Below are positions 37,653 through 50,119 of a stretch of 64,000 nt of DNA, one piece after another (positions within the stretch are counted from its first letter, which is position 1; each line of letters starts with the position of its first letter). Origin of the DNA: Lepidodermella squamata (taxonomy: Eukaryota > Animalia > Gastrotricha); NCBI GenBank assembly GCA_047495785.1, contig JBLDXI010000013.1, positions 1,054,001-1,118,000 of the forward strand, given 5' to 3'. Position numbers and translations under genes: made by a program. The notes under the pieces were generated by a model that was given only the letters and a program-made list of their open reading frames with translations, was not told the origin of the DNA and ran no database searches.

Positions 37653-38951
37653 ATGCCGAAGCCTAGTCGAGCGCGCGTTTACGCCGATGCCAATGCTCAT
37701 CGGCCGCGCGAATACTGGGATTACGAGTCCTATGTTGTTGAATGGGGATCTCAAGATGACTATCAGCTTGTTCGTAAGCTTGGCCGTGGCAAGTACAGCG
37801 AAGTTTTCGAGGCCATAAATATGACAAACAATGAAAAGGCGGTAGTGAAAGTCTTGAAGGTTTGATTTCATTTCTTTATGTTTTTGCGAAATATAATGTT
37901 TTGAATTTTCAGCCCGTGAAAAAGAAGAAGATCAAGCGCGAGATCAAAATCCTTGAAAACATGCGTGGTGGTCCTAACATTATCCAGTTGCTCGCTGTTG
38001 TGAAGGATCCAATTTCCAGAACTCCTGCTCTTGTGTTCGAATATGTTAACAACACCGATTTTAAGCAGTTGTATCAAGCTCTTACTGATTACGACATTCG
38101 TTTCTACATGTTCGAACTGTTAAGGGTATGTTGAAAAGTTAGCTGCAATTTGTTGATGATGGCATTTACGTTTAGGCACTCGATTACTGTCATTCACTGG
38201 GGATTATGCATCGCGATGTCAAGCCTCACAACGTCATGATTGACCACGAGAGACGCATCCTCCGCTTGATCGACTGGGGTCTCGCTGAGTTTTACCACCC
38301 CAATCAGGAGTACAACGTTCGTGTTGCCAGCCGTTATTTCAAGGGCCCCGAACTGCTACTCGATTACCAACTCTACGACTATTCTTTGGATATGTGGAGC
38401 TACGGGTGCATGTTTGCATCTATGATATTTCGAAAAGAACCTTTCTTTCACGGCCACGACAACTACGATCAGCTAGTTCGAATCGCCAAAGTCTTGGGAA
38501 CTGACGAGCTGTTTGAATATTTGGAAAAGTATCAGATCGATCTTGATCCGCGTTTCGACGAAATCCTCGGTCGGCATTCTCGCAAGCGTTGGGAGCGCTT
38601 TGTGCACGCTGAGAACCAACATCTCGTCAGCCCCGAAAGCATTGATTTGCTTGACAAACTACTGAGGTAAAATTAGTCGACTGATGTGTTATAAATCCAT
38701 GTGTAAATTTTCCATCTAGATACGATCACGCCGAGAGGTTAACTGCTCGCGAAGCTACAGAACATCCTTACTTTCACCCAATCGCTCGTGAACGAGACCG
38801 GAATGGTGCTCCTTTGAACAGCGTTACTAGCAATCAAAATGCATCGGCTGTTTCAAATTCATCCGGAGGTCACGCTGGCGATAGGGCTGGAGCTGTCCCT
38901 GGAGGAAACGGTGGCAGTGGGTGGACGTCATCTGCTGCATCTCAGATCTAA
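37653..38951 (+). CDS. CSNK2A1: Casein kinase II catalytic alpha subunit, 4 exons
   Basis: [69 protein letters not shown]. Confidence 0.98.
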
Positions 38952-40099
38952 GCACTGCTAGCTCTGTTTGGTTGCTGTGGGAAACTTTGGTTGTAACAAG
39001 GACAAAAAATGATGTTTCTATTACTGAATTTAAAAGCAGTCTAATTTGCAAAACTACGCAGTTTTCATTGATAGTAATTGGCATTCTAGTATCAGAAGCT
39101 TCAAAGTATATTGATAGAATCACTCTGCGGCCTTTTGACGCTTCTGTTTGAAATCGAAATTTTATGCTGGAATATTCATGAAGCGAATGTTCCATTCTTT
39201 TCTGCAGTGCTTAGTACTGAATTTTGTGACTTGTGCTATTTCCCATTCAGTAGCTAGAGCCAGCTATTTTCTGGGCAGGCAGTTAGCATGCAATATCTTG
39301 TACTGTTTTCTGAGATTTTCTTCATTTTGGCATTGTATTCGCTGTGTTTTTCTCTGTCGCTGTGTATCTTCTCGATAACTTTCGTCGTCTTCTTTCTACG
39401 TAAACCGCATAGACAGTTTTTCACATGATATAAAAACGTGAAGTAGCACACTTGGTGATTTCCGATAGCGCTTGCATATAGAAGTTGAATACATGGTGGT
39501 ATAACACCCGATGGCTGAAATGGATAATTATTGATTAATCTTTACATGTCCAACTTGAAATAGCATTCGCTTATTTGCTTTAATTTTTTGAATATTGCAT
39601 CATCATCTTCCTCGAAAAGAAACAAAGCAACCAAGGACAGTCATATTTACAGTCTGTTAGTTTTGCCAATTGGCGTTGTCGTCATCATTATTTGGCTGTT
39701 CGCCCTATTATAGCGTCGTCAAATTATGTTCTCTTATTTGATACAAAAGCCGAATAAAAACCAAGAAAGGAAATTAAAGACTGTTTATTGTTAATTTTGA
39801 CCAGGAAGTTGAATCAAGTCGACAACAAATTCATTCGCCCAGCTCAAGTATTGTCGCATTTGCTTTCAAGCCGAAAAGCGGAATACAAAGTCGAATTGCT
39901 GCTATGTATTAGCATAATAGTAGGTATAAAGTGAGATGGCTCTTTAAGCTTTGCTCGATTTTTTGGATCAACCAAGAAGTCATAACGTTATGAACCAGCA
40001 TAATAATAAGACAAGTTAGTGGCATAGTGCACACCTAAGGCGATATAAGCCGTCTCCTGTAAAAGCTACATATGGAAAAGCAAAAAACACTGCTGGATT

Positions 40100-41513
40100 T
40101 CAGGTGTTTCGAGGCGCTGCAGGTGAGCGACCTAAGCGCTTAGCGAAAATTGTTGGTCGTGGCATAGCACTTGAAATATTGTAGTTTTCCATCTCATCGT
40201 CTTCATCGTCATCTCGTGTCCCAGTTTCCATATTCATTGTTGACGTACGCCGTCTTCTAGGTGAGTCTGCCAGAGCTTTGTAATTGCGGCGATATGTAAA
40301 TGAGAAGAAGGCCGATATCGCGAACATTATGCTGGCTATTATCCCACAGACACCCGCAATTATAACAACCTTTTTACAAGAAAAAAATAGTCAAAATTTA
40401 TCGAAGGTTCAGAAACTAGGTACCGATAAGCCGTATGATTTGTTAGTAGTGGGATCCACACTGATGCGAAGGAAGCCAATGGCAGATGGTAACAAAGACA
40501 CAGAAGCCAAAACATAGTAAATAAACTCCTGACCAGAAGAAATATATTGTGAGATTGAATACACGTCCAGCTATCTTACCGCTAGAAGAAATATCAGCCT
40601 CATTCTTCTGTCTCCGCGTGCAAAGCGACACAGGTGGAGTAAAAATAGGACGGAGGTTAAAACAGCCAGAACCGAGTTCAGTAACAGAAACCAAAGCTGG
40701 AAAAGGCAACCGTTAAAGTTTTAAACATATTTTTAAATCGGATATGATCCTCTTCGTAGTTGTGTCTTATTATGAGAAACATTAATTCTCATCTCTTTTT
40801 AACGCAATATACAAATTAATGTAAGCACTAAAATTGAATACCTTCCAAACACCTTGGAACAGCGAACCAAAGTCGCTGCATATAACTGCAAGTAAATTTA
40901 TTAGGAATACGAACCGGCTTAGGTAAAAAAATGTTACTTGCGATTGCGCACATCCCTATTTCGAGAACCTAAAAAAATATGGACGAAGTCTGATATGTTG
41001 TTAGCGTTAACACATTCAAACCATAAATATTCCCATGGGCCGAATGAAGAATAGCCAATCAACGTTTATTCGCGGACAACTTGAACAGCAACGCCTGGAT
41101 GATTTTTTAGGCTGCGGTGAGGGCGATGGGCTAGCTTGTGGAGGCGGCGACAATGTTAGCCTGGATTGGACCCTGCTGTCCTGTAGTTGCTGCCGGGAGG
41201 GTGCTGCGATGAGGTTATTAGTGCGCACTGATGATGCATAAGTCGGCGCTCCAGCTTCACTACCACTAGAGGCCGGTTCCTCTGGAATGGCGACCTCATC
41301 CTCAGACTCAACTATTGCGGCATCAGCAGCCTTTTGATTCTTCAAACCCCACGGATCGTCACTTTTGACTCGTGCCAGCGAGGCGTGAGCCCCAAACGGG
41401 GAATATTGCACCAAGGAAACACGTCGCCCCTCATTTACTCGTGGGGCTGGAACAGAACTCACTCTGCTTTGCGTCCTGGGCGATCTATCAAGACTGACGT
41501 CAGAAGAATCCAT
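40100..41513 (-). CDS. MARVEL-like four-TM membrane protein with disordered N-terminus, multi-exon
   Basis: FFIRPMGIFMV|LEI start of the TM region; further hydrophobic exons LWFLLLNSVLAVLTSVLFLLHL, EFIYYVLASV, AGVCGIIASIMFAISAFF. Confidence 0.6.
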
Positions 41514-42013
41514 TCTAAACGTTCGCGAAATGTTTTTCTGTTATAGGAGTCAGCAAACTGTAGATCTATTAGATTGCATGACAAGCGAGAAGTAGGCCAT
41601 GCGGCCACCTCATGCACGGCTTTCTGCAGTGATATCAAAGACTTATCAACCCTAATTATATCCTGTAAAAACATGGACAGATAACAGTGTCATGATTCAG
41701 CATTGCGTGAGGTTTGCCTGATAATCTGTCTTGCGATACTGACAAGATGATTTCGCACCGACAACTGAATCAGAAACGTGAGAAACAGCCACAAAAACAC
41801 GAGACCGCTCGAATTTATCACCCATTTATTGCCTTTTATTGCCTTGCGCATTTCTATCTCAGCAAAACTTTCACCGACAAGCAGAATAGGTTTTTCATAT
41901 CCTCAACGGCACAATGACTAGCTAATATAAAGCACTGGTAACCCGTCAAAACAGGCGCTCAAGTTGAAACCACAAAAATATTAAATATCGCCAATTGCCT
42001 AGCTCTCATTCAT

Positions 42014-44077
42014 TTAATGCTTGTTTTCAGCAGTCGCGGCAGGGGCAGCAGCACCAGGGGCGGGTACGTCACCGACACCTTCAAGACGCATAGCCGGGAA
42101 GAGCAGCACCTCCTTAATGTTGTTTTGATCCGTTAGGAACATAGTCAAGCGGTCGATGCCCAGCCCCCAACCAGCCGTGGGCGGGAGACCGTATTCGAGC
42201 GAAGAACAGAAAGTTTCGTCAACAAACATAGCCTCGTCATCACCAGCAGCCTTAGCATTCGCCTGCTCATCGAACCGTTCGCGTTGAACCACAGGGTCGT
42301 TCAACTCCGTGTAGGCGTTGACCAGCTCTCGGGTGGCGCAGAACAGCTCGAATCGCTCGGTCAGACCAGGGGTCTTGCGATGCCACTTGGCAAGCGGCGA
42401 CATGATACGAGGATGGTCGTACAGGAAGGTGGGACTGATCATGTGAGGCTCAATGAACTCGCCAGCCAGTTTGTCCAGCAAACGGGCAACGCTACGCGGT
42501 GGGCGACAATCGACGTTCAGCTTGGCGCAAATTTCGTCCAGCTTCTTGCGAGCCTCCTCAGTTTCGAGATGGTCTGCATCGGGAATCTTAACACCGGGTA
42601 GTTTTTCATCGACAATACGTTGGATTTCATCCATGAATCGGATTCGCTTGAAAGGCGGCGTGAAATCAATGTTCATCACGGGACCATCCGGGCCCTCCGG
42701 ATGATAGACAATCTTATAGTCACCAGTAATTTTCTTGACCATGTCTAAACAAAATGTATTAAGGCGGCCATTAGTAATAATCAGATGACTCACTTGAAAG
42801 AAGCTGCTCGGTAATACCAAACAAGTCTTCGTAGTCAGCATAGGCCATGTAGAACTCGCAGCTGGTGAATTCAGGGTTGTGAGTAAGGTCAATGCCTTCG
42901 TTACGGAATTGGCGACCGATTTCGTAGACCCGGTCCAAGCCACCGACAACCAACTGCTTCAGGTACAACTCAGGCGCGATACGGAGATACAGTTGCTTGC
43001 CAAGATCATTATGATAGGTGACGAACGGCTTAGCTGTCGCACCACCAGGGATCGGGTTCATCATCGGTGTCTCCACCTCCAAAAAGCCCAAATTATCCAA
43101 GTACGCCCGAACGTAGCCGATGATCTTAGTACGAGTGACGAAGATGTTACGAACGAAGTCGTTCATAATCAAATCCAAGTAGCGTTGACGGAATCGAGTT
43201 TCCTTATCCTTCAGACCGTAATGCATATGAGGCAGCTGGCGTAGACAGGGCGTCAACAACACGAGTTCGGTGGGCACCAAACTCAACTCGCCGGTCTTGG
43301 TGCGAGCGGGATGGCCTCGGCAGCCGAGGATATCACCGCGACGCAGCCGCTCATTGATGTCCTTGAAGGCCTCTTCGCCACCGGCGTAATTCCGCGAGTT
43401 AGCCATGACTTGCAGCTTGACTCCCTCGGCACGGAGATCGTAGAAAATCAACTTAACGCCGGACTCACGCTTGGCGTGGACGCGACCAGCAACCGATTCA
43501 GTGACGGACTCCATAACCTCTCCGGTTTTAACATCCGCGTACTTCTCCAAGAAATCCGTTACAGACAGCGTAACTTGAAACTTATGAGGATAGACGGGCT
43601 CATGGTTATCTTTCCAGGTCTTGACTGATGTTACACGAAGCCTAAAGTATTCCTAGAAAAAAACAGCAATTTTTCATTTCATGATAAAGAGATTTTTCAA
43701 ATTACATTAGGATCCATATCTTCGTCTGAGACTTTGGCAGCGGCGGTGGCCTTGGGCGCAGGCTTCTCCGGGGCGGCAGCAGCCTTCTCAGCAGCCTTCT
43801 TTTCCTTCTCCGCTAGCTTGGCTCGTCGTTTCTGTTCACTGATCGCACGGAACAACAATAAAGGACAACGACATGGTTGTGAGTTTTGGGTAGATACAAT
43901 TTGATTCGGCACAACAGACAGAAAATTACGAAAAAGTAATTTACTGTATATCGCTGCCATTTCAAGTTAAAAAACTAAGGAAAAATATGCGAGTCATTAC
44001 TTTTTGCTCAACGTTTCGCCGTCAGCGGTCTTCAGTTCCTCCAACTTGTTAGACACGTCTGCCACAGCCTCAGACAT
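42014..44077 (-). CDS. KARS1: Lysyl-tRNA synthetase (class II); cytosolic form from ATG 44077, alternative N-terminus from ATG 43960
   Basis: LSKN|[60 protein letters not shown]. Confidence 0.98.
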
Positions 44078-44341
44078 TTTCTCAACTTATAAATAAATCG
44101 CCTGTCTAAAGTTGGCAAAAACAAGCGATTAAAAAACTTGAACATTTACAAATTTATCAATTCTTTAGATTATCTTAAGCAAGACATGCAGGACAGAGAC
44201 TAAAAGAGAAGTGGAGCCGCTACAATAACAAAATGCTGGAGTTGTGTGTTGAAAATCAGACGACAAAATGATCATATCACCTTGTACACATAAATTCCAC
44301 AAATAAAAGCAGGCAGCAATTTTCGATGCGAATTGCCAAGT

Positions 44342-45918
44342 TTATAAAGAAGATGGCACAGTTGCGCCAGAAGCAGAATCGCGGGGGTAAAAGAACGAAT
44401 CGAGAGGTAAATGAGCAACTGAAGGCGACTGGTGTTGGCTAAGTGTTGCAGCCAGTTGTCGGGAATGAGCTGTTATCAGCTCAAGAGGAGCCAATCCTGC
44501 GCTGCCAGGCGGCAATTGAGTTTCCAGCAACGCTCTGCTAACAGCACACCAAGCTGAGTGGCGATGTTCCATTGAAAGCAGCGGCGATTTAGTCGGATCC
44601 GCACAAGCGATCAAGCTCAGAACTTCGCCACGTTGATTCAAGAACATCTGACCTCCGTCTAATTTTGAAAGATCTTCGCTCAACGTGAAAACTTCGCGTC
44701 CCAGCGCTAGAAGGGCGTCAAGCGATACACCAGCGTGTCCGTTTTTGTGTTCGCGATTCGATCCATCGCTCGGATGTTGATCGCTAGTACTGTCCATTGC
44801 ATCACTTGAAGTGGCACCGTTGGAGCTCGAATTAGTAGTTGGGTTATTAACAAATATTCGCACGGCCTCAATAAATTGCTGGCACTTCAATATGAAGCGG
44901 AGCTTTGGCTTCGATATCAGAAGATCAGGTGACATTTCGTTTATGTGATCGATTGCTTCACCCATCAGCCCACTTAAGATTAGGTTTTGCAAATCTGGAA
45001 TGGAGACCACAATCAAACAGATATTTGTGTGCTGAAGAGTAACTTACGTTGCCTTGATTTGACTACATTAAGATTTTCTGGCAAGGGAAGACTAGTGGCG
45101 CGAGAAAACGCTTGAGCAGTAGAAGCGTATCCAGCACAGCATAAATAACTAAGAACAAGGCTTCGAACGTGGCCTGTAAGTGATCCAGGCGAGGCAACTG
45201 GGTGGCACAAAATTTCAGATCGTGTGCGAGATCGAAGCTCTTTGAGATAGTTTTCAAAGTCGAAGGCGAATTGGGACTGCCCGAAATTAGCTTCAACAAC
45301 CTCCCCAGATGTTTGAAGGCCAACCGTTGGAAACAACGGCAAAACTCCATTAGGAAGCGCTCGAGACGCAGATCCCAATGGAATACCGTTTTTCGTGAAG
45401 AAAACCAACTTGTCCGTGAAATTAACGCAGCAACCTAGAAAAACAACGAGCTTTCAAACAGCAATGAGGTCTCAGATAAATATCTTACCAACTATATCCC
45501 CAGTGGTGTAAGTCGGGCCATAAGGCTGACCGGTTCCTGACCCGCAAAATAAATTTCCATCGTCGGCATGATATCCAAAGGAATCTCGTTCCCATCCAGG
45601 CAGCTTGGTTAATTGGGCATTGTCGGACGAAATGCCGACTCCAATGTGCCCCTCTCGCCCCTTGCTGATGACACGAACTTCAAAGTAATAGGCACCGGCA
45701 ATAATTGGAATAGGCCGATTAGCTCTAACGCTGGCAGCATCTTTGCTTCGTTTACCGAGGCCCTTGTAGTGAACGCGCAAGTTTTTGGCGGTCAGTCCAA
45801 TGCAATTGTTTTTGTCGCGATAATTCCAACAAAGAGGAAGTACGGCGTCGGGTATCGCGATAGCTGGGTAGTAACGAGCAAGGCGCTGCTTGATTGTGAC
45901 CCAATCTTCATCTCCCAT
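44342..45918 (-). CDS. RANBP9: Ran-binding protein 9/10 (SPRY-LisH-CTLH-CRA), 3 exons
   Basis: DAASVRA..PIP, YYFEV, GYHADDG..F..SGTGQPYGPT, PTVGLQT.GE.VEANFGQ, LVLSYL...GY..TA.AF, LKCQQFIE. Confidence 0.93.
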
Positions 45919-46118
45919 TGTAAAATATAAGGTAAAATCTAAGGGAGAAATAAATACAAGTAATTTAGTTTTACTGACAATTCTTAACTCGACACAGTAA
46001 GTTTTTGGGACGGGTGATGCACATTATAACTTTTATAATTTTGAGCTTTAAAAATTAGCACAAACTCAAGTAACTAGACATTGAAAACGTGGCATTGACG
46101 AGGATAAACGGCATGCAA

Positions 46119-47075
46119 TCATTGATTCAAAGAAGGCTGCAGAGACGTGATGGCTGGCGACGGTGTACTGCCAGCTTGTCCAGTGGACAACAAGATGGCC
46201 GAGGAATCGCGAATTATACCCATCTTCAGTGTGTCTTTTGACACCGACTGGTGCAACTGATTGATTTTAGATAATATAACGTCAGGTAACATCTCGTTAG
46301 ACGCTTGCTGAGGAGTCCCAGTGGCGTTTAATCGACGTGTGGCAGATCCAGCCGTAGAAGCCTGCGGACCATAACTTTGCGACAAAACCAAATACAAGCC
46401 GTAAAGTGATCTCAAATCATCAGGTTTGAGCCGCAATGCATGCAGATAATACAAACGCGCCGAGTCCAAATGGTCTTGCCCACCAGCACTATAATGCAAC
46501 TCGGCGAGTCTTTGGTGATACAAGTAATTATGAGGCTGAGCAAGAACAAGTTCTTCTGCGCATTGAATGGCTTTCAAAAAATCCAGGTTGCTAGCATAAA
46601 TAAAAGATAACTCAGTCCAGGCTTCGTAATCAGCTGGGAAATGATTCAAATAGTCAACAAGTGCTTCTACAGCCCCCGATGTATCTCCTTTTGCTTTCAA
46701 AATAGCAATGCTTCGCTTCCTAACAAAGAGATCGCCTTCATTTTTGTCGAGAAGATCTTTGTAGATGCGTTCGGCTTCATCGTAATTCTTAGCTGCCTCC
46801 ATGATCAAGCCATATAAATGAAGAGAACGCACCGAAGTTGGGTATTTTTTATTGATGCGTTCCCAGCATAATTGAGCCAACTGAAGATCTTGACAATCCA
46901 AGGCTGCGAGCGCAACTTGTTCCATGATCACGTAACTTTCGTTTCCTGTGCTTTCGATTGATGGCTGCAATATATCCCACAGTTGTACAACTTCACGACT
47001 GCGACGTAGATTGTGCTCACGAATTTCCTTCATGCGCCGCCTGGCCGCATCGGCTGTTGTCACAGGTTTTGACAT
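46119..47075 (-). CDS. EMC2: ER membrane complex subunit 2 (TPR), intronless
   Basis: EQVALAALDC, P.SVR, RKR.IAILKAKG, YL..F..D.EAW.EL, C.EEL.L.QPHN.LYHQRLAE, LRSLYGL. Confidence 0.94.
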   Translation of the reverse strand: MSKPVTTADAARRRMKEIREHNLRRSREVVQLWDILQPSIESTGNESYVIMEQVALAALDCQDLQLAQLCWERINKKYPTSVRSLHLYGLIMEAAKNYDEAERIYKDLLDKNEGDLFVRKRSIAILKAKGDTSGAVEALVDYLNHFPADYEAWTELSFIYASNLDFLKAIQCAEELVLAQPHNYLYHQRLAELHYSAGGQDHLDSARLYYLHALRLKPDDLRSLYGLYLVLSQSYGPQASTAGSATRRLNATGTPQQASNEMLPDVILSKINQLHQSVSKDTLKMGIIRDSSAILLSTGQAGSTPSPAITSLQPSLNQ

Positions 47076-49002
47076 CGCAAGTATTACTGAACGATAACAC
47101 CTATCTTAAAGGAAACCGTAAAGAAGTCATCGATTAGCTTGATAGAGACAACTAACATAGTTTATAGTTTCCTTTTGTGACTAAAACGCATAGGGTATAC
47201 CAGGTACCAGTATACCACGGGGGTGGGGGATGGAGCCGACTCAAATTCAATCTTAACATTCAAGAGATCTTATACATTTGCTGTATTGTACACTTGCTTT
47301 AAAACTTAGCCATTACAACGATCATTGCGCCGTAATTTATGGTTGCAAACGTGGCATGTGGTTCAAGACGGTCAGCCTCGTTGTATCATGTCTAGTGCGG
47401 GGTTACGGCTGTAGGGAGTAGGGAGTAGGGATTGAAAATCTTTGGTGAGAAAACATCCGCTTGTCTTCGTTCGATATTCTGATAATACCGGCAAAGTTGC
47501 CGCTAGTTCGATTGATACCTCCTAATAAAACCTGTAAATGACAAATAGTAAAAGAATTATCGTCATGCTAGTCTTGGATATAAAAATAATGTTAATTTTG
47601 TTGCGCAGAATATGACTAAGTTTTTATGTCAAAACTTATTGATAATCAGGTGAGTTGAACCCGCGAAATGTGGATTTTCAAACTTGTCGCGTGCGTTGAG
47701 TTGGCGGTTTTCCGGACTGCGTAATGATTTGATGTCTCTTTATTGCCAATGCCACATTGATTCAGTAGATAATTCAATAGAGATTCAGTAGAGAAAGAAC
47801 TGTGTTATAGCGCAATCTAGTCGTTAGATCTGATACTTTTCACTGCGCTAGAGGTACTGAGAGCACTTTTTCCTGTTCACCCAACACTGGCTTAGCGCTG
47901 TTTGCTTTTCAGTGAATTTCAAATTTTATGCCAGGGCCGCGTATATCATCTAAACATCAAAGTTCGCACATCCTCACCAAAAAAAGTTCTTACCTTATTT
48001 TCTTGTTCTCGCTGTTGATTGCAACTCTGTAAGTGTGCTATTTTAGCAGGGGCTAATACTGACTTCTTACTTACTTGTTGAAGTGTTCCTGCCCTTTGAC
48101 TGCTTTTAGCTATTGATGGGCTATTGGCATTGAGTGATGATTGGCTAATATTGATGAGTTGTGAGAGGTGAGAGCGGCCTGGTAGAATAGGGATCTGACA
48201 TCAAGTAATTCTGATGTTTTCGGCAGAGTAAATGATGCATGGTCAGCATGTAGGTATTTAATCGCTTCGGCTCCTGGTTTTCGAAACCCCGGCTGTGCAA
48301 AGCTAAATTAGCTTGGTATGGACCTTGAATCGCATTCGTTTTGAATCTCCAGATTCATTGCTTAATGACTGGCGTATTGCGGTTTGAGGAGGGTTTAAAT
48401 CGGGCGTGAAATAATATTGCATCATTATGTGCAACCGAAGTTCACATTCTATCAGAATTACAGAATGCTTAAAATGTCAACAGTTTGAGCTCAACAGGTT
48501 TTTGGTGACTTGATAAGGACGCGTAGTTATCTTGCAAAATAGTGCGGATTTTAACTATGTCGTCATTGTACGTCATTGCGCCATTAGATTAGGAACGAAA
48601 AAGGGAAACCGGTAAGATTGAGAAATCAAAACAAGAATAATGAAATAAAATTAATATAGGGGTTACAAACATAAATATATGTTTTTCATCACTACTCAGT
48701 GTTTTACATAATTTTATCGTTGGGCAATGTATCAGCTTCTTCTTTATAAAAAGGCTTTTGTGCAAAAGACATTCCCATCTGCTGTAGCATTTGATGAAGA
48801 TGGTGAAGCAAGTGGGTAAATTAAAGCTGTTAGGCAGTAGGTAGCTCCCGTACTAAAACAGTGAATTTGTTTTTGAATCGCAGCCCTTTATGCCTAGATT
48901 ATACCCGGCACTGTGATGCATGGCGAATGACAACTAAACACGAATTTTTGTTCAAATTAGACGGTTACAGGGTTGTTAATTGCTTTGATTTGGTGCTTGA
49001 CC

Positions 49003-49951
49003 ATGTTTCGGCGTGATCGCTCACCGATCCGGCGGCCACCTCTAGATCGACGGCTGTAAGCTAGTTTGCAGCTATCGTTTTTGCCCTTATACTGTATATT
49101 TATTTTAGGCTTCAGAACGGCAATCAAGTTCCTGATCAACCACGTTTTGCTTTCCGCAATACAGCTATCGAGGTTGTCATCGTCCCTGCGAACGATAGCT
49201 TGAGGTTGCATTGGCTTGATAATTTTACCGAGAAAACATATCTATTGTTCCAGAGACTACGCCGAAGCGATCGCCAAACATCTCAGCGACGACGGCTTGA
49301 TCACTTTGATTGACACATTGCTGAATGGCGCTACTTTTGAAGATGCCATTGAGTTTTTCATTCAGAAAGGTGCTCTATTTGTTCTGATCATCGATCCCGA
49401 CAACAAAAAGTTTTTCTCCGTTACGGTGCATGCCGCTGTCACAAATGAAGGTTTGACTTGTGAAGACTCGGTTTATCGTTTATTTATTTTTTTAATTAGA
49501 GCTTCAGAATATGCCAATCGATGAAGCTCTGGACCTGATTAGACAGTTGTCAGACTCCTACTTTCGCGACACAACTGCCGCGAAGATGAAACCGTCTATC
49601 AGAACCCCACGGCTAGATCACCTTGTAACGCCGCGCAAAATCGCTTACCTGTGCCATCTTTTAGCAGACAATCGCTATTTGAGTGCCGAAGAGCTTTCGC
49701 AAATAAGCGAATACGTCGAACAGAGGCGCAGCTGGATTTCAAATGCTCCAGCTCCACCGCAGCAAACTCATCAGGCTCAACCGCAGACCACACCACCAGC
49801 GCAAATCGTCCATCCTAGAGGTCCGAACTGGCGACCAGGATCCGACTTTCAAGTAAGTTTATTGCAGATCAATACGTAATTATACAACGTTTCATCTCCT
49901 TAGAATCAGTTTTTGACCCCTGCAACACCTCAAGCACCTTATTTTCGCTGA
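49003..49951 (+). CDS. NCOA5: Nuclear receptor coactivator 5-like protein (compact), 5 exons
   Basis: Spliced frame gives EVVIV..SLR|DYAEAIA...E|ELQNMPIDEALDLI and LLADNRYLSAEE. These match the NCOA5 motifs DYAE.V, EHRNMP..DA and LLADNRYLTAEE as recalled. Confidence 0.85.
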
Positions 49952-50119
49952 AATCGCATATTGTTTTGGTTTCCATGAATAATCGTAATTCTTACGAAAT
50001 GTTTAAATACCGCTACCTGATATTCGAATCTATACTCGATACTTATGTGCTCAATAAATTACCAATATTTGATATACCTATATGGTTGCTGCTGCTTAGA
50101 TTTTTTCTATCTAAACAAA

